From assembly GCA_038203565.1 (NCBI GenBank), contig JBBRDV010000035.1:1-12721 (forward strand): a stretch of DNA of 12,721 nucleotides, read 5' to 3'. This document shows, one piece after another, positions 7,253 through 12,721 of the stretch. The position numbers were made by a program, and so were the translations under genes. The stretch's first letter is position 1. The number at the start of each line of letters is the position of its first letter. This DNA comes from Atribacterota bacterium (GTDB taxonomy: Bacteria > Atribacterota > Phoenicimicrobiia > Phoenicimicrobiales > Phoenicimicrobiaceae). The notes below the pieces were generated by a model. The model had not been told where the DNA came from and did no database searches. It saw nothing but the letters and a program-made list of their open reading frames with translations.

Positions 7253-7738
7253 ATGGCAATATTAGAAATTAAAGAATACGGCGAACCCGTTTTAAGGGGA
7301 AAAGCACTACCGGTTACAGAGATTGCCCTGGAAATATTGAATCTTATAAAAGATATGGCTGAAACCATGTATGCTGATTCCGGACTAGGCCTTGCTGCCC
7401 CGCAAGTGGGAGTATCGAAAAGAATTATTGTTATTGACGGAGAGGAAGACGGGTTAATAGTATTGATAAATCCCATGATTGTTAAAAGCGAGGGAGAACT
7501 TGTAGAAGAAGAGGGATGTTTAAGTCTCCCCGGTATCTATAGCCAGGTCAAGCGTTCATCAAAAGTAACGGTGAAAGCACTTAACCAGAACGGAGACCAG
7601 ATTGAAATGACCAAAGAAGGTTTAGCTGCCCGCGCGCTTCAGCATGAGATCGATCATTTAGACGGGATTTTATTTATTGACAGAATAGGAAAAATGGAAA
7701 GGCAGATAGCGTTAAATAAATTTAAAAAGAAAAAATAA
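7253..7738 (+). CDS. def: Peptide deformylase
   Basis: GLGLAAPQVG, EGCLS and HEIDHLDG motifs. AGGAG RBS at 7241-7245 supports ATG 7253 rather than GTG 7217. Confidence 0.97.
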   Translation: MAILEIKEYGEPVLRGKALPVTEIALEILNLIKDMAETMYADSGLGLAAPQVGVSKRIIVIDGEEDGLIVLINPMIVKSEGELVEEEGCLSLPGIYSQVKRSSKVTVKALNQNGDQIEMTKEGLAARALQHEIDHLDGILFIDRIGKMERQIALNKFKKKK

Positions 7739-7749
7739 CGGTGGTAATT

Positions 7750-8706
7750 ATGCTTAAAATTATTTTTATGGGAACGGCAGATTTTGGCGGACCGGTTTTA
7801 GAGAAACTGGCTGACAACAAAGAAAACAAAATAGCAGTAGTTACCCAGCCGGACCGTCCCCAGGGGCGCGGCAGAAGAATCTTACCCACCCCCATAAAAA
7901 AAATAGCCTTAGACAAAGGGCTGGAAGTGTTTCAGCCGGAGAACATCAATGATGAGGAATCTATAAAGAGAATGGAAGAATTTAACCCGGATATTATCCT
8001 GGTAGTCGCTTACGGACAGATTCTTTCCAGCCATATCTTAAATATTCCCAAAATAGGCTGTATAAATATTCACGGCTCCCTCCTGCCTAAATATCGGGGT
8101 GCCGCCCCGGTTAACCGGGCTATTATAAACGGTGAAAAGGAGACCGGAATAACTTTTATGTTTATGAAGGAGAAAGTAGACGCCGGTGAAATCATCTTTC
8201 AGGAGAGGATGAACATTTTACCGGATGAAACCTGTGGTGAACTTTACTATAGGTTATCTGCTCTCTGCGCCAGGTCCCTCCCCAAACTTTTAGAAAAAAT
8301 AAAAAGCGGGAAGATAGAAAGGATCTCCCAGGATAATAAACTGGCAACTTTTGCCCGCAAGATGAATAAAGGGGATGGGAAAATAGACTGGAGTGATAAG
8401 GGAGAAAAGATTTATAATCTAATCAGAGGAACCATTCCCTTCCCCGGTGCCTATACCTATTACCAGGGTAGAAAACTGAAAATTACCCGGGCAAGATTTC
8501 TGGGTGATTATCAGGATGAAGCAGACACAGGTTTTTCCAAACCCGGAATGGTAGTTAAAACTGAAAAAGATAGTATTTTAATCTCTACCGGGGATAAGGG
8601 AATGATAAAAATATTAAAGCTGGTTCCTGCCGGCTCAAAAGAATTAACCGCGAACCAGTTTGTTAATGGCTATAAAATCAAAGCAGCAGAAGTATTAGGT
8701 GAGTAA
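7750..8706 (+). CDS. fmt: Methionyl-tRNA formyltransferase (start ATG 7750 or GTG 7741)
   Basis: IIFMGTADF, VVTQPDRPQGRG, VVAYGQIL, INIHGSLLPKYRGAAP, DAGEI, IDWS, PFPGAYT. Confidence 0.97.
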   Translation: MLKIIFMGTADFGGPVLEKLADNKENKIAVVTQPDRPQGRGRRILPTPIKKIALDKGLEVFQPENINDEESIKRMEEFNPDIILVVAYGQILSSHILNIPKIGCINIHGSLLPKYRGAAPVNRAIINGEKETGITFMFMKEKVDAGEIIFQERMNILPDETCGELYYRLSALCARSLPKLLEKIKSGKIERISQDNKLATFARKMNKGDGKIDWSDKGEKIYNLIRGTIPFPGAYTYYQGRKLKITRARFLGDYQDEADTGFSKPGMVVKTEKDSILISTGDKGMIKILKLVPAGSKELTANQFVNGYKIKAAEVLGE

Positions 8707-8749
8707 TTTATATAAAACACACGCAGGACATTTTTATGAAAATACCTAG

Positions 8750-8790
8750 GACAGACGTCCCCTGTTTTCACGAGGGCAGGCCCACCTGTC
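8750..8790. repeat. Nested REP-like palindromes in the fmt-yugP intergenic region
   Basis: Outer GACAG (8750-8754) / CTGTC (8786-8790). Inner CCTGTTTTC-AC-GAGGGCAGG (8761-8780) is self-complementary with G-T pairs. Confidence 0.6.
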
Positions 8791-8818
8791 TATTAATGGT
8801 GAATAAAAGGAGGTTTTT

Positions 8819-9499
8819 ATGTTTTCTTTCGACAGTACTATAATTATTTTAATACCGGCCATAATTTTAACCCTCTATGCCCAATACAAGGTTAAAACAA
8901 CCTATTTAAAATATTCAAAAATATTAGCCAAAAACGGGTTAAGCGGGAAGGAAATAGCCGAGGAACTGTTATTACGAAACAATTTGAGCAATATTAAGAT
9001 AGAAACGATAGAAGGACGCCTTTCTGATCACTATGACCCCAGGCAGAAAAAATTAGCCCTCTCCCAAGAAATATACTATGGTAAATCATTAGCTGCCCAG
9101 GGAATTGTAGCTCACGAGATCGGTCATGCCCTTCAGGATGCCAAAAAATATTTTCCGCTCTCCCTTCGCAGTAATCTGGTACCGGTCACCAATATTGGCT
9201 CCAGTATCGCAGTTCCCCTGTTTTTAATCGGTTTTATCTTCAGTTTTCCCGCCCTGATGGATATCGGCATTATCGCTTTTTCCTTAGCAGTCCTGTTTCA
9301 GTTCGTCACTTTACCGGTCGAATTTAATGCCAGCAAGAGAGCGATAAACCTGTTGGTTGGAGCAAATATTGTTTCGGATACAGAAGAAATTAATACCGTT
9401 AAAAAAGTTTTAAATGCTGCGGCATTAACCTATGTGGCTGCTGCCTCGGTGGCAGTCTTTCATCTGTTACGGCTTATCATGCTGAGAAATAGAAGATAG
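8819..9499 (+). CDS. Membrane zinc metallopeptidase, YugP / Zn_peptidase_2 family
   Basis: LSDHYDP, AHEIGHALQ (HExxH), TLPVEFNASKRA, VLNAAALTYVAA and hydrophobic TM segments. AGGAGG RBS at 8808-8813. Confidence 0.93.
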   Translation: MFSFDSTIIILIPAIILTLYAQYKVKTTYLKYSKILAKNGLSGKEIAEELLLRNNLSNIKIETIEGRLSDHYDPRQKKLALSQEIYYGKSLAAQGIVAHEIGHALQDAKKYFPLSLRSNLVPVTNIGSSIAVPLFLIGFIFSFPALMDIGIIAFSLAVLFQFVTLPVEFNASKRAINLLVGANIVSDTEEINTVKKVLNAAALTYVAAASVAVFHLLRLIMLRNRR

Positions 9500-9524
9500 A
9501 AGGGAAATAAAATTAACCGGGTAT

Positions 9525-10916
9525 ATGAAAAAAATAGAAGTTGATCCCATAAGAGAAACCATACTGACTATTTTGGTAAAAATTGATTCCAAACAGGGCT
9601 ACATCAATATTCTGTTAAGCAAATCATTGGATAAAAGAAAAAATTCCACCAGAGATGCTGCCTTTATTACCGAGATAACCTACGGAGTGGTGAGAAACCG
9701 GAATAAATTAGACTGGGCTCTATCGCAATTTTCTGCTAAACCTCTGTCGGAAACAGCAGTATTGATTAGAAATATATTAAGAATGGGTGTTTATCAGCTG
9801 CTATTTTTAAACAAAGTTCCTGATTATGCGGTATGTAATGAATCGGTCCAATTAGCAAAAAAATACGGAAATCTCGGGATAGCTAAATTTATAAACGGTG
9901 TTTTAAGAAATATTATTCGAAACAGAGAGAATATTCGCTGGCCGGATAGGGAAAAAGAAACCGCTCTGTATATTTCTACGATTTATTCACATCCCCTGCA
10001 GATAGTCGAGCGTTGGCTAAAAAGATTTGGCTTTAGCGATACGGTTGCAATATGTAAGGCGAATAATAAGATACCAACTTTAGTAATTAGAACTAATACC
10101 CTGAAGTTATCCCGCTCTGATTTAAAAGGGATTTTAGAAAAAAAGAATATTTCGGTAAGAGAAGGGCTGTTTACCGAAGAAGCACTACAGGTTAAAGGAC
10201 TTGCCAATGTCACTGAATTTCCTGCTTACCGGGATGGGTTATTTCAGATTCAGGATGAAGCATCAATACTGGTCTCTCATCTGCTCGACCCTTCACCCGG
10301 TGAATTGGTAATCGATGTTTGCAGTGCTCCGGGAGGGAAGACCACCCATCTTGCACAGTTGATGGAAAACAAAGGCAGTATCCTGGCAATGGACAGCAAC
10401 CAATCAAGATTAATAACGGTAAAAAATAACTGCCGGAGATTAGGAATTGATATAGTAAAGACCCGGCAGAATAATGGCACTATATTAGCTGAAAAATACC
10501 TAAAGGTAGCAGATAAAGTTTTAGTAGATGTTCCCTGTACCGGCCTGGGAGTGATCAGGAGAAAACCTGATTTGAGATGGCAAACTTATGATGAAAAAAG
10601 ATTTGAACGGTTGACCAAACTGCAGGGGAAGATATTGGACATCACTTCCAATTACCTGAAAATCGGCGGGAGATTAGTATATTCTACCTGCAGTACCGAA
10701 CCGGAAGAGAACGAGGAAGCAGTAAGCAGATTTTTGGAGCAACATCCTAATTTCGAGTTAGAGGATTTAAGTAAATTTATAAAAGAGCGAAAATTACCGG
10801 TCTATGAGTCAGATCAGCACAACCAAAATAAATTTATTCAGATACTTCCCGGGCTTTCTAATTCGGATTTGGATCTGGATGGATTCTTTATGGCAAAAAT
10901 AATAAGAAAAGGGTAG
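9525..10916 (+). CDS. rsmB: 16S rRNA (cytosine967-C5)-methyltransferase RsmB/Sun with NusB-like N-terminal domain
   Basis: ITYGVVR, LRMGVYQL, FINGVLRN, YSHP, IQDEAS, DVCSAPGGKTT, DVPCTGLG, RRKPD, LVYSTCS, EENE, DGFF. Confidence 0.96.
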   Translation: MKKIEVDPIRETILTILVKIDSKQGYINILLSKSLDKRKNSTRDAAFITEITYGVVRNRNKLDWALSQFSAKPLSETAVLIRNILRMGVYQLLFLNKVPDYAVCNESVQLAKKYGNLGIAKFINGVLRNIIRNRENIRWPDREKETALYISTIYSHPLQIVERWLKRFGFSDTVAICKANNKIPTLVIRTNTLKLSRSDLKGILEKKNISVREGLFTEEALQVKGLANVTEFPAYRDGLFQIQDEASILVSHLLDPSPGELVIDVCSAPGGKTTHLAQLMENKGSILAMDSNQSRLITVKNNCRRLGIDIVKTRQNNGTILAEKYLKVADKVLVDVPCTGLGVIRRKPDLRWQTYDEKRFERLTKLQGKILDITSNYLKIGGRLVYSTCSTEPEENEEAVSRFLEQHPNFELEDLSKFIKERKLPVYESDQHNQNKFIQILPGLSNSDLDLDGFFMAKIIRKG

Positions 10917-10924
10917 GGTTATAA

Positions 10925-11470
10925 ATGGATTGGATAGAGAAAATCTTTCGTTTTATCTGTAAATCATTTCTCACCCCGGCTTTCATAATTTTTGCAGTAA
11001 TTGCCGGTGCACTCTGTGCCTTTCTGGTATTCCAAAACATGTTTGATGTTTCCGATACCGTAGTCCCCTCGATAATCGGTGATGAATTGAATATTGCTGA
11101 GGAAAAATTGTATGATGCCGGGCTAAAGATTTATATCTCCGGCGAGGAATTTAACCAAGGAATCTCTCAAAATAAAATCATCACCCAGGATCCGACCAGC
11201 GGGGCGAAAGTAAAAAAGAACAGAGAAATTTATGTGGTAGTAAGCAAAGAGAACAAGGTTATTGCCTTAAACATTCCCGACCTCAGAAATAAAGAGCTGG
11301 AAGAAGCCGTGGCTCTTATCGAAGAATACGGTCTGATTTTAGGCAGAGTCACCTATACCAATCATTTTTCCGTCCCTGAGAACTTGGTTATTGCTCAAAC
11401 CCCTGAACCGGGAAATATAAATTCAAGCAGCAAAGAAGTCAATATCTTAGTCAGCAAAGGACCTTATTAG
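10925..11470 (+). CDS. Single-pass membrane protein with two PASTA domains and no kinase domain
   Basis: Hydrophobic segment (AFIIFAVIAGALCAFLVF), then VVPSIIG...IITQDPTSGAKV...VVVSK and IPDLRNK...VIAQTPEPG...ILVSKG. Confidence 0.88.
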   Translation: MDWIEKIFRFICKSFLTPAFIIFAVIAGALCAFLVFQNMFDVSDTVVPSIIGDELNIAEEKLYDAGLKIYISGEEFNQGISQNKIITQDPTSGAKVKKNREIYVVVSKENKVIALNIPDLRNKELEEAVALIEEYGLILGRVTYTNHFSVPENLVIAQTPEPGNINSSSKEVNILVSKGPY

Positions 11471-11495
11471 TATGCCGTATATCACATCGTGTTTA

Positions 11496-11519
11496 GTAGG
11501 GGTTTGATTTATCGAATCC
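11496..11519 (+). repeat. GTAG-type REP-like hairpin
   Basis: GTAG (11496-11499) followed directly by GGGTTTGA-TTTA-TCGAATCC, an 8-bp stem with two G-T pairs. Confidence 0.5.
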
Positions 11520-11544
11520 GCAAGGAATCGAGGAGGAATATCAA

Positions 11545-12642
11545 TTGAAAGAAAATTCATTAAAATACTGGCTGTCCTGGAATAAAATACCGGACATAGG
11601 TCCAAAAAGATTTTACAAATTACTTGAATACTTTGGCTCTACCGATGCTGCCTGGCAGGCAAAATCAGGAGAAATATCCAAAGTACTGAATTTGAGCCCT
11701 AAAATAGCCTCCAGGCTCTTCGAAGAAAAAAACAATATTATTCCCGAACAGGAATTAGACTTAATACATAAAAATAAAATCAATGTATTAATCATAGAGG
11801 ATATTCTATACCCCGAAAACCTAAAAACCATACATTATCCTCCTCCGGTTTTATATTTTAAAGGAACTATCGTAGAGTCAGACAAAAACTCTATTTCCAT
11901 CGTGGGCACAAGAAAAGCCACCTACTACGGAAAGATGGTGGCCGAAAAATTAAGCAAAGATTTAGCTTTAACCGGATTGACCATAATTAGCGGAATGGCT
12001 CGGGGAATAGATACAGCCGCCCATAAAGGCGCACTTTCAGTAAATGGCCGCACTATTGCAGTATTGGGCTGCGGTATTGACCATATATATCCTCCCGAGA
12101 ATAGAAGGCTGGCTCAAGAGATACAAGAATCGGGAGCAATACTAAGCGAGTTTCCTCTTTCTACTCTGCCGGAAAGACAGAATTTTCCCCGCAGGAATCG
12201 TATCATCAGCGGATTAAGTCTGGGAACGGTGGTAGTGGAGGCAGCTGAAAAGAGCGGTGCTCTAATCACTGCCGATTTCGCCCTCGAACAGGGCAGGGAA
12301 GTATTTGCAATTCCCGGTAATATAAACTCTCCGTTATCCAACGGTTCGCACAATTTAATAAAACAGGGAGCAAAATTAGTAGACAATTATCAAGATATTT
12401 TAGAAGAAATTCACGTAGCACTTCCTCGAAAAACAGCTGAAAAAGAGATGGTTAAAGAAAATACTTCCCTAAAGGAAGAAGAAAAAACCATTTACCAGAT
12501 AATTACCAAAGAACCTATCCAAATAGATGAAATTATTGGGGCAAGCAAACTTTCCGCCGGTAAAGTAAGCGAGATACTATTAAGCCTCGAACTACAAGAC
12601 CTAATAAAAGAGATCGAAGGAAAAAGATTTATCAAACTATGA
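11545..12642 (+). CDS. dprA: DNA-processing protein DprA (Smf)
   Basis: IPDIGPK, YPENLKTIHYPPPVLYFKG, SIVGTRKATYYG, IISGMARGIDTAAHKGAL, FPRRNRIISGLS, VEAAEKSGALITA and a C-terminal winged helix. TTG start with AGGAGG RBS at 11531-11536. Confidence 0.97.
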   Translation: MKENSLKYWLSWNKIPDIGPKRFYKLLEYFGSTDAAWQAKSGEISKVLNLSPKIASRLFEEKNNIIPEQELDLIHKNKINVLIIEDILYPENLKTIHYPPPVLYFKGTIVESDKNSISIVGTRKATYYGKMVAEKLSKDLALTGLTIISGMARGIDTAAHKGALSVNGRTIAVLGCGIDHIYPPENRRLAQEIQESGAILSEFPLSTLPERQNFPRRNRIISGLSLGTVVVEAAEKSGALITADFALEQGREVFAIPGNINSPLSNGSHNLIKQGAKLVDNYQDILEEIHVALPRKTAEKEMVKENTSLKEEEKTIYQIITKEPIQIDEIIGASKLSAGKVSEILLSLELQDLIKEIEGKRFIKL

Positions 12643-12721
12643 TTTTTTAACTAACATCTTCCTCATAAAGCAATCCAACAATTCAATAAAAAATAACAAA
12701 ACTTTATTGCTATAAATAAAA

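Noticed and set aside
9513..9520. Single TTAACCGG before rsmB (and single ACGAAAT at 1485-1491) matching the array units
   Set aside because: Isolated 7-8-mers are expected by chance in 12.7 kb.
1838..12386. Multiple 64-110 aa minus-strand ORFs (e.g. 1838-2062, 2646-2978, 4831-5133, 7234-7476, 12114-12386)
   Set aside because: All lie antisense to well-supported housekeeping genes and show no domain-like features.
12684..12709. CAATAAA/TTTATTG inverted repeat and weak CAAT periodicity after dprA
   Set aside because: AT-rich weak stem with a long loop and no U-tract, so not a convincing terminator or array. Downstream context is cut by the window end.

Overview
Bacterial, AT-rich chromosomal window with all real genes on the + strand. 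1-1479 is a decayed ISLre2-family (Mutator/IS256-like DDE) insertion sequence. Its transposase has two frameshifts and a C-terminus interrupted by a small GC-rich palindrome, and its left end is probably cut by the window edge. A near-consensus sigma70 promoter (1495-1523) precedes a Firmicutes-like housekeeping cluster: yicC/yloC, remA (DUF370), gmk, rpoZ, coaBC, priA, def, fmt, a YugP-like zinc metallopeptidase, rsmB, a kinase-less PASTA protein, and dprA. Main oddities: (1) PriA has degenerate ATPase motifs I, Ia, II, III and VI while its zinc-binding region and other structural motifs are intact, so it is a predicted pseudohelicase. (2) RNA polymerase omega has an acidic tail of five 13-aa repeats. 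(3) ACGANAT heptamer and octamer micro-arrays recur at gene boundaries and inside the gmk 5' end. (4) There are several REP-like mini-palindromes, one apparently nested in another. The overall style suggests a Terrabacteria-like anaerobe such as Atribacterota, but that is a weak impression only.
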